Of a stretch of 64,000 nt of DNA, positions 37,141 through 52,959 are shown in pieces; position 1 is the stretch's first letter; the number at the start of each line of letters is the position of its first letter. Origin of the DNA: Prorocentrum cordatum (taxonomy: Eukaryota). The stretch is taken from NCBI GenBank assembly GCA_963575745.1, contig CAUYUJ010000137.1, positions 248,001 to 312,000 of the forward strand, in the 5' to 3' direction. Under the pieces are notes generated by a model. That model did no database searches. It was not told the origin of the DNA and saw only the letters and a list, made by a program, of their open reading frames with translations. Position numbers and translations under genes: made by a program.

Positions 37141-39499
37141 CTGGGAGGGGGGTGAGAAGCAGCAGGCCGTCTCAAAAGGCGGCGGGGCTTCTCAGAAGCC
37201 TTCGGGCCTTCCGACAGGGTTTCTGCGTCTCCGGAGAAGGCCCCGAAATCCCCTCAAAGGCCTGCTGAGCAGGCCCGCCCCGTCTCCGCTGGGGGGGGGG
37301 GGCGAGGCCGTCCACGGCCCGCCGCGGGCCGCCGCCGACGGCCCTCGAGGCCCAGGGCTGAGGACGTCGGGGACGTCGAAGATCGGCCATCGAGGCTCGA
37401 GGACATCGCAGGCCCTGCCCTCCCGGGCTCGCCGCCGAGCGCACACAGTTCTGCATGGGCCCCGCGTGCGGCAAAGGCCGCAGGGCGGAGCTCGCAGGAT
37501 TGGGGGCCTGCCGTCGAGCGCCCAGATCGGGCGCAGCCCAGCAAGGGCCGCGAGCAAGCGCGGAGGTCCCGGGCCACGTCCTCGGCATCGCCCTCGTCCT
37601 CGTCTTCGTCCACGTCCACGTCGTCGCCCACAGCCTCGTCGTCCGCCTCCTCCTGCCCCGCGTCCTCCTCCTCGTTCGGGGGTCACGGGCCATGTCCTCG
37701 TCATTGCCCTCGTCCACGTCGTCCACGTCCACGTCGTCGCCCACGTTTTCGTCGCCGTCCGCCTCCTCCTCGTTCTCCTCGGGGTGGGGCCCCGTGGGGG
37801 CCGGGGGGATACGGGTTGGACCTGCATGGGTTGGAATGGGATTGAATACACTGGAGCTGACTTCGAGTAGGAGACAAACTACAGGTTTGATTCACTACAA
37901 AATTCAAGTGACCGTCGAATGTGCGAAACATACGTACATTGTTGGTGCATGTACAACCATTATATGCATCAATCATATGTTCTGCCCAAAACCGTAGTTT
38001 GGGACACATCGATCATGTTGTCGACCTCCTACTCAATGACTGTCTGATGACGGTTGTACCACGAATTGCGCCCCCGGCCGCCAACACTTACGATGTCCAG
38101 TCGTTAGTTACGCAATGCAGCAGGTGAAGATGATCTGATATCAGTTGTGCAATATGTAGCGCCCTCGGCCGCCGAATATTAAGACATCATATTGTCGGTT
38201 GTGCGAGTAAGGGCGTTTCATGTCAGCTATCATCACTCCAGACATGATATCTGTATGTGGGGTTCCTCGGTAGCGTGATTTGGAATCCTTACGAGAATAG
38301 GGTTTTTGAGCGATTCCTGCGTGCGCGCGACGACGCGCGCGCGCACTTCGTCGCAGCTGTTGCAAGATATGCTTGCGACAACACGCGCGCAGGGGCGTTC
38401 GAACGACTTCGACATGCGCGAGCGAGAGGCCCGTGTGGGAGCATGTTATGAAAATGCGGTTTGGTGTGAGAAAAGGTAAGGTTCTTAAACATTCGACAGT
38501 GCGCACAGGCTTGTTTGAAAACCCTTGCTACAAAGCAACTGTTAACGCTTATGTGTTCGTGACTCGCGGTTTGGAACTCTTTACGGAACCTTGCATGTTT
38601 GAAAGATTTCGGCATGCGCGCGAGACGACGCGCGCGTGCGCACTTCGTCACATTTGTTGTAAGGGATTCTTATATCCGGATGTTTTTGGATAGACGAGAG
38701 CGCGCGCATACCATTATTTCCAGACGGTGAAGATGAGGGCTGGGATGGTATGTTCGCACATTGGATGGACGATTGGGTAGAACCAACTGTAAATTGCAGT
38801 ACGAAAAGAGGGTCCGTTAAGTCAACGGGGGGGAGGTCGATCCGAATTCCTTAAGGAGATTAGATACGGAGCATGTAATGTGCCACATCCTGTGCTGTGC
38901 AATGTACGTGGTGCAGCGCATGTGATGCAGTGTGTGGTGCGCCATGCACGTGGAGCGTAACCTATGTGGCGCAACCTGCGCGGCGTTCTCTAGATTTGGT
39001 CCAATCTGTGCTGAGCAATCTTGAAGGGGCCCAAGGACACACAAATAAATACACACAAATAAAATAATCCCCCCTTATTTTCCCATATTTTCTGGGTTTC
39101 TGTCTTCCCGCCCACTTCCCATATGTTCCCATATTTTCTCGGAAATCGAGGATGAATTGTGTCTGTGTGTTTCTTTCCCCCCTGAAATCTAGGCGGCGAC
39201 GAGGCGGCGACGGAGAGGCGACGGCGACCACGGAGCCGTCAGACCGCCACGCGCGCGGGGACGGTGCGACGGCGACGACACGGCCGCCGGAGCGCCACGC
39301 CAGCCCAGCCGACGGGCGGCAGCGGGGCGGCGGCGGGGCGGCGACGGCGGCCGCGTGTCCGCCAGAGAGGCACACCCGCCCGGACGACGGGACGACCAGG
39401 CGGCGACGGGGCGGCGACGAAGCCCCCACGCAGCCGCCAGTTCATCAGAAAACACATGCGAACCCCACTGAGTGCAAGTGCTTGGTGGGGAATATGCCC

Positions 39500-39960
39500 A
39501 TGCGCACCTCATGGATCCCAAAGGAATGCCACGAGCTCCTGCTGAGAAATGGTGTTTGCAAGGGGGAGACCGACAACATCCAACGGATCCCAAGGACTTC
39601 ATATAGACTCGTGCGAGCTTGTATGATCCTGCTGAGTCGTATGACTTCCTGGTGGTCCATACAGGTTCGTATAGGGCGCCGATTAATTACATAATGAATT
39701 CCTAGTGGTTCCCAAACATGGCCATGGCACTTGGATGTCTATGAGCCCCTCCTGGGTATTACGAATTACCATGGGTCCCAATGAACTTCTAAGAATTCCT
39801 AGGGAGTCCAGTGAGTTCCTATGTACCAACCACACACGATTACACATGATTGTCATGAGCTCCTATGGAGACGTACAGAGTCCGATGGACGACCCCTATG
39901 GACTTCTGTAGACTGATGATAATGGGATTCCACGAGTTCCAATGCAATCCATCATGATTC
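39500..39960. repeat. Degenerate 10-mer (GAATTCCTAG-like) repeat
   Basis: Periodic gaattcc/gagttcc/gagctcc motifs. Confidence 0.55.
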
Positions 39961-40538
39961 GAGGTGAAACCATCCATGACGATACGGAGAAGAACACATT
40001 AACCAGAACGAGTGCGATCTCATATCTGCAGGCCTCGCTCGAGACAGTCGTAAGCGAACCTGCGTAGGGAAACGAACTCCTTCGATCGTTATTGAGAGCT
40101 GCGTTCTGGTACGCTCAATGCTGAAGCACCATCAATGCCATAGAACCAATGGCATCTGCAACAAATGTCGCTTGGCACCTTTCTATACAATCACCGGCAT
40201 AATGTGGACGAAACAACCTGTTTCTGAACGTCGGCACCACAAAGAAACCCTCTAGAACAACTCAAAGATGAAAGACCTGGCCGCTCGACGCTGTCGATTA
40301 ACACGCGCACTTCAAACAGCGAACCGCAAATTCCTTCCACGCCCTTGAGACTGTAAGGACAAACGCCTGGGCGATGGGCCAAGGACTGCCGCATCTGACT
40401 CCCTGACCGGTACAAGGAGGCACCAATGCCACTCCCGTTCCCAGGCTGGCCTTGCCAAGCTCGGCGCTGGGCGGGGACTAACACGTGCAAGTGCATCCTG
40501 TGAGGAAGGCCTGTCGAGATAACGGCGGCCCTCGCGTA

Positions 40539-40709
40539 CAGTCGGATCCAGGCCAGAGGATCACCCTTCAAGAACACGGAACCTCCGCCAGACAAAGTGA
40601 CGAGCAGTCGAGGGTACCCTCCCCCAGGATGCACAAGGACATCCAACAAACACGAAAACATTAGGGTAACTGCCCGAACCAATGTCGATCTTATACCACG
40701 GTCCGACTG
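40539..40709. mobile_element. Tc1/mariner-type MITE (TA TSD); partial copy at ~58705-58879
   Basis: TA|CAGTCGGA...TCCGACTG|TA; interrupts the copy B CNBD relic. Confidence 0.78.
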
Positions 40710-41399
40710 TACATGTTTGTATCAGTTTTGGGGCTCCCGATGGCCACGGCTGTATGCGCCTCGGAAAACAAGTCAGGACGGACCCCGGGAGGGGTCCGCG
40801 GACCGATTTCGAGTGGATGCGCGCGGGGCGGGACAGCCCCCGTTGCCTCAACTGGACCTCCTCCGAATTCTTATCCTCTCGGCACGAAGTGCCTACCTGC
40901 ACCTGCTCCAGCTGGAACCGCCAGCTGCGCACACCTACGTTGTTTGTACACGGGGGCATTCCACGAGAACGTTTCAGCTCTCTCTGAGACAGCTTGCCAC
41001 CAAACACGCCGGCCGAATGCGTCCGCGCGAACTGTAATTCGGGCCGGCGGACCGCCTGGGCCCAGTAATTGCAAAACCTCCGCGACAGGCCCACGTTGGA
41101 AGGCACAAACGCAAGAGGCGTAATAGGCAGTACCTGAATCAGAATCTCACAGAGTTGTCAACTAGGACCATGCAAGAGCTTCGCGCACGCAGATATTCGA
41201 ATGCAGACCAGGACAACGTCATACCACCAGACGACAAATATCCGAATATCACAATGATCCCATTATCCAACCCTCTCTCCTCCATCCTCTCTTGGTCCCC
41301 CTCTCCTTGTTCTTTCTCCTGCCGGTTCTTCTTCCGTCGCAGTAGCGATTGCAGCCGCAGCAGTCGTTGCCGTAGCAGGTGATAGCACCAGTGCCAATA

Positions 41400-43190
<1,791 letters not shown>

Positions 43191-43339
43191 TGCTGGCAAA
43201 GGTAGCACCCGTACTCGTACCCAGATGTATGGTTTTTGTTGTGGGCCTGTGCGCAATCATCCTCAGGGCGTTTGTGTTGTTTCTATTTGAAGCGGATGTG
43301 GCATTCCGACATGTCTATCTGAATCTGAAAAGGAAAATA

Positions 43340-43640
43340 TGTAGCAAGGAGTCCGTCCTCAAGGAATCATTTTACCTAAATCATTGATGATCAAACCCTT
43401 AATCCAGGAACCCTTGCCAACGAAGTCTTGACTCAAGGATCCCTTACCAGAAATTCCATGCTCCAGGCATCCTGACTGTAGGAATCATACCTGAAGGAGC
43501 CATTGCAAAATAAAACTATCCCGGTACAAACATCCTTACTAACGAATCCTGATTGGTAACACCTTTCATTGCGCAACGCTTAGATGCACAGAAACAAAAC
43601 ACATCACGAAACCCTTACTGACGAAAACAATGCTGGGAAG
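43340..43640 (+). repeat. Degenerate ~15-mer (AAGGAATCCTT-like) repeat
   Basis: Periodic ggaatc/ggatccctta/aaccctta motifs. Confidence 0.55.
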
Positions 43641-44199
43641 CCTTGCTAAAACAGCCGCTTCTGCATAATATCAAACCAGGATACATGAGTAACATAACTC
43701 GTACTACTCAAGCAGTGCTGGGATAATTTCTATGGACGCCAACCTTCCTCAACCAATAATTCGTAACTACTGAAAGAACCTTCGATGACGGAATATATAC
43801 AGGAGGAATCCTGTATAAGACTTCCCTACATTGGCACACACACACACACACGCAACTACAGACTAAAACACACAAACTAAAGGAGTCTGGCCAGCTTCCT
43901 TCGCGGGAGGAAGTCCGTTTCCCCAAAAACGCAAAACATCTGAGTTCACCATGGGATGCGACAGGAGAGAAGACACAGCGCCCATTGCCATCGCTACCGC
44001 TGTGCGACGGCCATGAGAATACGGTGGCAGCAAGAACCGTGGGCGAATCCCCTCCCACCCGCTAAGACGAAGCCAGGAAGAGGGTCGAATCGGGTGAGGA
44101 TAAATCGGGAATCTCTGAGACCCGGCGGCTCTGGAGGATGTCTCGGGCACCGCGGCCTTCTCAGAGCATTCCTGAACGCTCTGGCAGCGTTCCAGATAG

Positions 44200-44550
44200 C
44201 TATGGAACGGATTCATCCTCGCCCCTTGTGAATAGTCAAGCCAGTGGGCCGGAAGTTGCGCAAGCTGATTCGCATATCACCAGCTGTAGCCGGCCTGCGC
44301 TCGAGGGAGAGGTCCCATCGCATGCAAGCCCTGTGAAACAGCCGGCGATCAGGTGGCACCAGCAACTTGTGCGGCCGGCCCACTGGAGGAGAACTGTCCC
44401 CCCTCGCTGAGATTATCGTGGGCACGAGGCTTGCCATGCCGTTGCACGATAACTTCCACAGCCCTCCCAGTGTGGGCCACCGGCACTTCGGACAGGCCAC
44501 CAACTGCACGCACACGCGGATCACTCTTCGGTCCAGGGAAGAGCGTTTGG
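44200..44550 (-). mobile_element. LINE RT relic (domains 0-2)
   Basis: ARGDSSPPVG..PHKLLVPPDRRL...NFRPTGL...RG*IR resembles AR..S.AVG.D..P..L..L.D..L..FRPIGL..R.W.R. Confidence 0.4.
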
Positions 44551-45058
44551 GCACTGGTTAGTGGCTGGTTGCAACTCCCTGGGGCGTCCAGTCCGCACCA
44601 CGATGGCGGCAAACACTGTCATCGGCCACGCACGGGTGGTACACCGCTCGCAAAACACGCATGCACTCAATGTTCTGCTCGCGCATCCTTCTCCTCCCCC
44701 TCATCGTCTCCCTCGTTATCGTCTTCACTCTTCTCTATTCTCATCGTCTCGCACGGGACCTCTGATGCTGAGGACCATCGCGGGTGGCGGCGGTGGAACA
44801 CGCGAAGCCTGGCAACCTGCAGCACCAGGAGCGAGACGAGGGAACCACCGAGCCTGGGTCGCCGCTCCCCAAGCGGGGGGGGGGGCGGCTGAGACTCCAA
44901 TGCATCCTTGGGATTCTTTAGGGGGGGGAGGAGGAGCCCCTGGCGCTGCCCCTGCCGCGATCCCCGCGACAGGGAGGGGAGCCCGGCGCAGATCCAGGAA
45001 GCCCGTGCCGCGCTTTGCTCCCCGATGCCAGGCTCGCTAACGGGGGGAAGATGGTAGT

Positions 45059-45231
45059 TCAGGAAACCAAAAGGTGCCGATACTGCTGCTCCCTGGACCT
45101 CTCCCGGGGTGCGTTCTGACCAGGATTTCGAGGCGAATCCAGCGGTGGCGACGAGGATCTCCCAAGAGGCTCAAAAAGGGGGGAACGAGGGAAGGGTAGA
45201 GGAACGGTATGGGTACCTTTTCCTCCTCTGA
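45059..45231. mobile_element. MITE, TCAG...CTGA ends, 5-bp TSD (GTAGT)
   Basis: Imperfect TIR containing AAAAGGTrCCsATAC; GTAGT at 45054-45058 and 45232-45236. Confidence 0.78.
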
Positions 45232-46109
45232 GTAGTGAGGGGGGCCGGCTGGTGACTCGGGCAGCGGCCGCGTCCTGCTCCTCAGCCCCGCCACAGCGAG
45301 CCACGCGAGGGCTCTCCTCCACCCGACATCGGTTTTCCGGGGAGGCGCGGCGTGCGGCTCTCGTCGGGCTCTCGTCATCGGGGGGGAGAATCAACAGGGT
45401 GAAGACCAGGGCTGAAGCTGAACGTTGCTTTTGGCTTTGGTTTCGTTTTGGGCTTCGTGTTGCTCTACCTGCTTTCCTGTGACTCTCTGCCAAAATGGAA
45501 AACAGAACGTTGCCGAAGTCCAGCAAAACAGCGTTTAGGTCCAGCCCCATGCTCAGCGGCATGGCCTGGGCCCCACTGGCGGATTCACCCCCCTAGATGG
45601 GGATATAGCTCGTTCTCTTCGGTTTTCGAGGGGTGTATCCCCCACTGGGGTGGTAAGTCTCGAGGGGATGGAGATGGGGATGGGGATCGGATAAACGATA
45701 CCGAGTGAAGACAGCCAGCAGGCGCCCAAAAAGGCCCCAAGCGGCTCCCAAAGAGGAACAAAAGAGAGCCTGGAATGGTCCCGCAAGACGACCCCAAGAC
45801 CCCCGGAGGGCCCTCCCAACAAGCACATAAGAGCACAGAGAGGGCTCGCCCGTGGATTTTCATATGGGGTCGGCGGATACGCCACGGAAAACTAGCGGTC
45901 CCCTTGTGGGGCCATTCGGCTGGGTGGTTCAGGTTTGCTGCTCACTGCCCCATCACAAATTTCACGTGTCCATTGTTGCAGGTCTACGTTCTGCTTCCTA
46001 CTGTAAGTTGTGACTGTCCGCGCGAGCGTGGGGGGACCCAACCCGACATTTCACCACGCCCAGGTCGCGTTGCCTGAATTCCTGCGGGACCCGGGGGCAC
46101 GTAAAACAA

Positions 46110-47610
46110 ATTACGCTCGCGCCCCGAAACCACGATACCTAGGCCACGATCGCTCGCACATTACACCGTATTGTCATCACCGAGGCCACGACGCCTCGCA
46201 AATAATATTATACTCGGGCCCCTGAAGCCACGATCCCTCGCAAGATGCATGATATTCGCATTGCCGAAACCACCACCCTTTTCTGAAGTATGATTGGCTC
46301 GCGTCCCCGACGCCGCGATATTCAGCACATTCGCAATACTCGCCCCCCTCAAGCCAATATCGCTCGTAAATGACACGGTGCTCGCGCCCCCGAGGCCCCA
46401 ACCGCTTGTCAGTTGCCACATCTTCGCGTTTCCGAAACCACAATCGTGTGTGATTTCCCAGGTGCCCCTGGACCACGATCCCTTGAACATTACGCCGCAT
46501 TCGCGCCCAGGAGGCCACGTTTTTGTTTTTTTGTTCGCGCCCCCGAGGCCACGATCCTTCGCAAACGAAGCGGTACTGGCCTCCCCAGGGCCACGATGGG
46601 AGGACAAATATACAACATTTTGTCACCGAGGCCACGAGGCCTTTGTACATGTCGCCATGCTCGCGCCCCCACGATCCTATTTTCAAGATTTGGCCATAGT
46701 TGCTTCCACGAGGTCACGATCGCTCAAACATTACTCCGTGTTCGCGTCAGTTCACGCTGTGGTCGCGTTCCCGAGGTCTGGACTTTTAACAAAAAAATGC
46801 ACAATGTTGGCGCCCCCCGAAATCACGATCCCTTCGAAATTCGCAACCCTCGCGTCACAGGGCCAAGATCGGTTGCAAATTACAATGCGTTCGCATGCCC
46901 AAAGCAACGATCGCTTGTAAGTTACACCATGTTCGCGTCCCCGTTGCCACGATCGTTTGAAATCGCACGATGTTCCGGTCCCTACGACCACGACCCATTA
47001 AAAATGATCCTCCTCCTCCCCCTCCCCTCCTCCTCATCAGCATCATCATCAGCATCAGCATCATCAACAGCATCATCATCATCAGCAGCATCATCCTCAT
47101 CATCCTACTCCGTCGCCTCCGTTCCCACTCCTCATCATCCTCCCTGCTCGCCGTCGTCGCCGGTCATGACCGCCATCGCGCGTTTCCGGCAGCAACGCAC
47201 GCGTCCCGGATCGGCGGCACTGGCCGGAAGCCACTACAATGTGTACATCTAGAGAAGCATCCCCGAAGCTACGACATAACATTCGGCCACGACCCCTTGA
47301 AATTACACCGTACTCGCGCCCCCGAGGCTACGAATAACGCCATAGTCGCGTTCCCGAGGCCACGTCCCCTGTGAAACTGAAACGTGCTCGCGTCTCCGAG
47401 GCCACGAGCCCTAGTAAATTTCGCCATCGCCGCGTTTCCGAGGCCACGATCTCGTGCAAGTTCTACCATAACGGCGTCCCCAAGGCCACGGCCCCTCGTA
47501 AATTACGCGGTGCTCGCGCCGAGACCACGACTCTCGAGAGATGCGCCACGCTCGCGCACCCGGAGCAACGATCCCAGACGACTTGCCCCAGACTCGCGTC
47601 CCCGAAGCCA
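46110..47610 (+). repeat. Degenerate ~37-bp tandem array (CCGAGGCCACGATC core)
   Basis: Regularly spaced core with a conserved linker shape; interrupted at ~47010-47250. Confidence 0.9.
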
Positions 47611-48569
47611 CAGTCCCTTGCAAAAAACGAGGAGAAGGCCGGCGGCGGCCCGCCCGCGGTGTCCGCGGCGCTGGCTGCCGCTTGCAAGGCGCGCGTGCCC
47701 GTGCTCCAGCCGAAGGATGTGGGTTTGCCACATGAGGAGCGTCGGCCTCTGCGGGACTTCGCGGAAGCCCCAGGAGGCTCGCCCGCACTTCCCGTGCCGC
47801 CTCTGCGACCAGAACTTTGCCACGCGTGTTTGCTTCGCCGAGGAACCCAAAGACCGTCCGAGCCGCGCGATTTTGCTCAGCAGAGCCTCAGGCAGCCCAC
47901 AGTCGTTCCAAGAGGGCCTCCAATACACAGCACGAGGAGCAGTTCGAAACAGGCAACACAGAGCTCGGCAATCTCATTTGAATCTCCATCTGTCTTGAAG
48001 ATCACCTACCATTATTGCACAAGCTTTCGATGCTACTTCACGGCGGCGCCCAGGACTCCCAACATGATTCCTGCATGCTCCAAAATGATGGACAAGGGAC
48101 CTGCGGAAGAGGGCGAAGCCCTGACGGATCTCCCTCTCTCTGTCCCTCTTTTTGTTTCTCTCTCTCTCTCTCTCGCTGTCTCTCCTTCTCTCTCTCTCTC
48201 TGTTTCTCTCTGTCAATAGTTGTCTCTCCCTCCCTCTCGCTCTATATGTATACACAGACACCCGCCGACGAACTTCGCCTGTATCTTCAAGGAGGGTGGC
48301 GTTGTATAAAGTCGCTGGCTCTCAGTGGTGAGTTGTACACCGCCACCATACCCCGAGGCCCAGCAATAATCCATTGGAGGGCGTCTCTTTGCGCATAATA
48401 TTCGATCCCCCGTGTTCCTGGCGCCCCCTCCCCGCGTCGCGGAGCGACGAACTCTCGCCGACAAGAAACTGTGTCCAGGACATTGGAAGAGCAGGCGGCA
48501 CATATCGCAAAACCGTGGGAACAGGTTCGCAAGGTCGGCGTCCGGTCCCTCTGCAGGTCGTACGTGTGT

Positions 48570-50170
48570 CTGGGTGTGTGTGTATGAGTGTGTGCGTGCG
48601 TGTGTGTGTGTGTGAATATGTGTGTGTGCGGGTTTGTGTGCGTGTGTGCGTGTGTGCTTGTGTTTGCGTGGGTGTATGGGTATGTGTGTGTGTGTTTATG
48701 TGTGTGGTGTGTGTGTGGGTTTGTGTCTGTGTGGTTGTGTGTGTGAGCGTGCGTGTGTGCGTGTGCGTGTGCGTGTGCGCGTGGGCATTCGTGTGCGTGT
48801 GTATGCGTGCGTGTGTGTGTGTGTACGTGTGCGTGCGCGTGTGCGTGTGCATGTGCGTGTGCGTGTACGTGTGCGTGTGCGTGTGCGTGTACGGCAGGTT
48901 CGTGTCGTGCCGACCCCAGCGCTGGTTTTTGACACCGCAGGGATCGTTCAACCTTGAACGATCGGCCGATGCCGCAACGTCCGATCGTTCAACATCGATC
49001 GATTATGGGTCGCCGGCGGCGTTCAACCTTGAACGCCCGCGCTGGGGTCGCCGCTGGTCGACGCGACGCAAACCTACCTACGTGAACTTGTGCGTGTGCG
49101 TGTGCGTGAGTGCGTGAGTGCGTGAGTGTGAGTGCGTGTGCGTGCGCGTGTGCGTGCGCGTGTGCGTGCGAGTGCGCGTGCGCGTGTGCGCGAGCGTGCG
49201 CGTGTGCGAGCGCGTGCGCGTGTGCCTGCGCGTGTGCCTGCGCGTGCGCGTGCGCGTGCGCGTGCGCGTGCGCGTGCGTGTGCGTGTGCGTGTGCGTGTG
49301 CGAGTGCGTGTGCGCGTGCGTTCGCGTGTGCGTGCGCGTGTGCGTGTGCGTGCGCGTGCGCGTGCGCGTGCGCGTGCGCGTGTGCGTGTGCGTGTGCGTG
49401 TGCGTGTGCGTGTGATTATGTGTGTCTGTGCGTGTCCGTGTGCGTGCGCGGGTGCGTGTGCGAAGGCGTGTGTGTACGCGTGCGCGTGTGCGTGTACGTG
49501 TGCTTGTGCGTGTGCGTTTGCGTGCGTGTGCGTGTGCGTTTGTCTGTGCGTGTGCGTGTGCGTGTGCGTGTGCGAAGGCGTATGCGTGTGCGTGTGCGTG
49601 TACGTGTACGTGTGCTTGTGCGTGTGCGTGTGCGTGCGTGTGCGTTGGCGTTTGTCTGTGCGTTTGCGTGTGCGTGTGCGTGTGCGTGTGGGTGTGTGGG
49701 TGTGTTGGTGTGTGGGTGTGTAGGTGTGTGGGTGTGTGGGTGTGCGGGTGTGTAGGTGTGCGTGTGTGCGTGTGTGTGTGTGTGTGTGCGCGTGCGTGTG
49801 GCGGTGGGGGGCGGTGGGGATGGGTGTTTGTGTGTGTGTGTGTGTCTGCGTCAGCGTCTGCGTCTGTCTGTGCCTGTGTCTGTGCTTATGTCTGCGTGTG
49901 CGGTTCCTCCTCTTCCTCCGTGCATGGCGGCTCTAATGTGCATTCAGCGTGTCCCCTGTTGCCAATCCGCAGGAGCAGTCACCATCTGCCCAGCCGCCGA
50001 CGCAAAAAGTGTGTGCGTCTGTGTGTTTGCGAGTTTGCGTGTTTGTGTGTTTGTGTGTTTGCGTGCTTGTGTTTGAGTGTTTGTGTGTTTGTGTTTGTGT
50101 GTGCGTGTGTTTGTGTGTTTGTGTTTGCGTGTGTGCTCGTGTGTGTGTGCGTGTTTGCGTGTGAGCGGGC
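48570..50170. repeat. (GT)n/(GTGCGT)n microsatellite
   Basis: Direct inspection. Confidence 0.98.
48893..49078. mobile_element. MITE, 3-bp TSD (TAC), inserted in the microsatellite
   Basis: TIR GGyAGGTTyGyGTCGyGyCGACC; TAC at 48890-48892 and 49079-49081. Confidence 0.78.
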
Positions 50171-50779
50171 GTTTGTGTGCAGATTCTCAAATACAGCGTG
50201 CACCTCCAGAAACAGAAATGGATCGGGTCAGCTCTCGGGCTCGTCGCAGCCCGTGGACCCAAGAATTCAGACTCTGGAGCCCCCTTTGGTCTCAGAGGCA
50301 GACCGACGGCAGGGGGGCCAAGAGGTCCCTGGACCTCCCGTCGGGGGGGCCAAGAGGGGGGGGGCGTCCAAGAGGGGGGGGGGGCGCAAATCATGGCCGG
50401 CGGCATGTGCGCGGCCCAGGGGGGGGGGGCAGGGAAGTAATGAAATCTGGAGAGGCGCCATGAAATCTGGCGAAATATCATGCCCACGCTATGATATCCA
50501 CACACACCCTAGTCATCACCCCCCTCTGTGCCGCCCCCGATCCCGATCGCGGCCTCGCCCTCCATCTTCGAGGCCGGCGATCTCTGGCTTCGAGGTCAAG
50601 GCTCGGAGGTGAAGACCAGGCCCCAGGGCCGCTCGCCTGCTGTTGGTCCCAGGGACGAGGCGGCGCCCTCAAGCTCATTAGCCAATTGCCCTTCGAAGCT
50701 GGTGTCGCCCCCCAGGATTGAAATTCTTTGGCAACCGAGCCGGGAGCAGCGCGATGCCAGCAGTACGTTCGAAGTGGTA

Positions 50780-51150
50780 TTGCCAAATGTCTACCCGAGG
50801 GGGATCTCAAACCACAAGGCGGCGCAAAAGAGTTCAGCAACCGGGTGAAAACGAGGGACAGTGTGCTGACCATACGGTGGCCCAGACGAGTCCAGCACTG
50901 GCTCTCTTGGTTTGGTTGCCCAATATGATCGGATAGACTACCAAGGCCGTGCTAACGGCGTTGTAGGTCAACGGCGTGGTAGGGAATCGGGTCTTGTGAC
51001 ACCGAGCGAGCGTAGAAACAAGTGTAGGGAATTACGAACCACGCGTTCCTTCCTACAGTTGGTCTGGCCACGGACCAGCCTCACCCACTACGCCAAAATC
51101 TACCTCGCCGTTGCGTAGAATATCGTTAGCCCGTCTACAGGACTAGGCAG
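50780..51150 (+). mobile_element. Possible LINE C-terminal zinc-knuckle relic
   Basis: RRVQHWLSWFGCPI*SDRL resembles the RRFQ..C.FGC...D motif; multiple stops. Confidence 0.33.
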
Positions 51151-52058
51151 GCACGGGAGCAGATGACACTTGCGCTCCGAATTCATGAAGAAGCGGCACT
51201 GTACAATGTCGTCTGGCCGCGGCCGCCGTCGCCCGCTAGCCTGCCCGAGGTTGCCTCACCGCCAACTCCTGCTCCTGCTGCTCCTCGACCTGCTCCTTCT
51301 CCTCTGCCCTGCTCTGACGATATGACGGCCCCGTCGGCGGGGACCACCACTGAAGAAGCGCAAGCATCTCAGAGTTTCGGAAGACACGCCTGGCGACTCG
51401 CTGGCGCAGAAACCCCGACCGAACAACTCTTATGCGGACAAGGCCGGCAAAGAAACGCGGGACAGGCAAGAAAACAAGAACAAAGCGGGGAGAGCGAGGA
51501 GCCGAGAAGGCGAGGAGGGGAGGGAAAGGAGGAGGGACAGAGCGACAGGCAGACGGGGCCGACAGACGGGGAGACACGGGAACAGGGAGATTCGAGACTC
51601 CACATGGGGCGTGCGTTGAGGATGCAGGCCTTCGGAACAAGGGGGACGGCATGCGGGCAGGCGGCATTCTGGGAAATCATCAGATTTGCCCCTACGGGCC
51701 GAATCGACGCTGTGGTATCGGACACCTTGAAATTCTGAACTCCAATTGATTTTCAAACTTGAGGGATCCACGAACCCAGTAAGGAACTGGAATAACCGAT
51801 TACCCAGGATAATAAAGTACCCCCCCTGAAGTCGTTTGAGTTTTTTTATCGTCGGCCTAGACGGGTTTCAAATAGAGGCGGAGGGCGCGGAGACCGAACT
51901 TCATTATCTCGGGGAAAGTTCGCCATCGAGGTTACTTCCTTCTTATGTTGAGATAACAACATCAAGCGAAGCGAACACGTTTTTTCAGGATGCCTTAAGC
52001 GAAACCAATGTCATTATGTCACGTTGTAGTTATTTCTGTCTTTCTTTCTTTCTCTGTG

Positions 52059-52092
<34 letters not shown>

Positions 52093-52099
52093 TCTCTTT

Positions 52100-52630
52100 C
52101 TCCTCCTCCTCCCTCTGGCGCCCTGAACTTGTTTATCGCTGGGGTTGATTATCCTGGGAAAACGAAGCACGTGAGCTACCCTACACGAGCAGATGAACAT
52201 ATAATGTTCATTAAGCGCTTAGAAATTAAATATAATACGTTTTAAACTTTGGATTTTTGATATATCCTTCTCCTCTCTTCCTCTTGCTCTTTCTCCTCCT
52301 CCTCCTCCTCTTCCTCCTCTACCTCCTCTTCTCTTTCTATATTTCTATGTATCTCTCTATATTTCTTCTCCTCCCCCTGCCCCCCTGAACTTGTTTATCG
52401 CTGTGGTTGATTATCCTGGGAAAACGAGGCACATGAGGAATCTCTATAGAAACTCCGAGATTTCTCAAGGATGCCTCAAGCGAAACAAGCAATGATTTCA
52501 AGGATGACTCAAGCGAAATAAGCAATAATTTGAAGACGTCTCAAGCGAAACAGACAAATGCTTCGAGGCAGTCTCAAGCGAAACAAGCAATTCGTTGAGG
52601 ATGTCTCAACCAAGACAAATCATTGTTGAG
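52100..52630 (+). repeat. ~70-bp direct repeat (52100-52175 / 52365-52437) plus ~33-bp TCAAGCGAAAC tandem units
   Basis: CCCTGAACTTGTTTATCGCTGkGGTTGATTATCCTGGGAAAACGA occurs twice. Confidence 0.85.
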
Positions 52631-52959
52631 GATGTATCATAGAGGACCGAAGACCAAGGATCCTCAAGATATCTTTGGCGTTTTCCTCTTGATATCTCTT
52701 TATGCTGGCTCTGGCGGGCAACTTTTATTATCTCCCCGAGAACCCCGAACTTTACTATCCCTGGGGGGTTATTCTCCGAGGTTCTCGGTTAAGACAGTAA
52801 GACTTTCTTCTGACGCGCGTGCGACACTTTCCGTTTGCTTGTCTACAGCCGCCACCGCCTGCACGTCCTCCTCCTCCTCGTCCTCCTCCTCCTCCTCCCG
52901 CCTCCTCCTCCTCCTCCTCCTTGTCCTCCTCCTCCTCCTCGTCGCCCTCCTCCTGCACG

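Noticed and set aside
40000..41106. HUH/Rep endonuclease (GLPHRMHLH)
   Set aside because: Flanking GSVLTCFPR and GKLSQRELKRSRGM, and its position at the end of copy B, fit the SLC9C CNBD better.
46110..47610. CRISPR-like array
   Set aside because: Units are degenerate throughout, the spacers are homologous to each other, there are no cas genes, and the context is eukaryotic.
47780..47850. C2H2-like FPCRLCDQNF
   Set aside because: No histidines follow; antisense to the FLGEAN motif of copy B.
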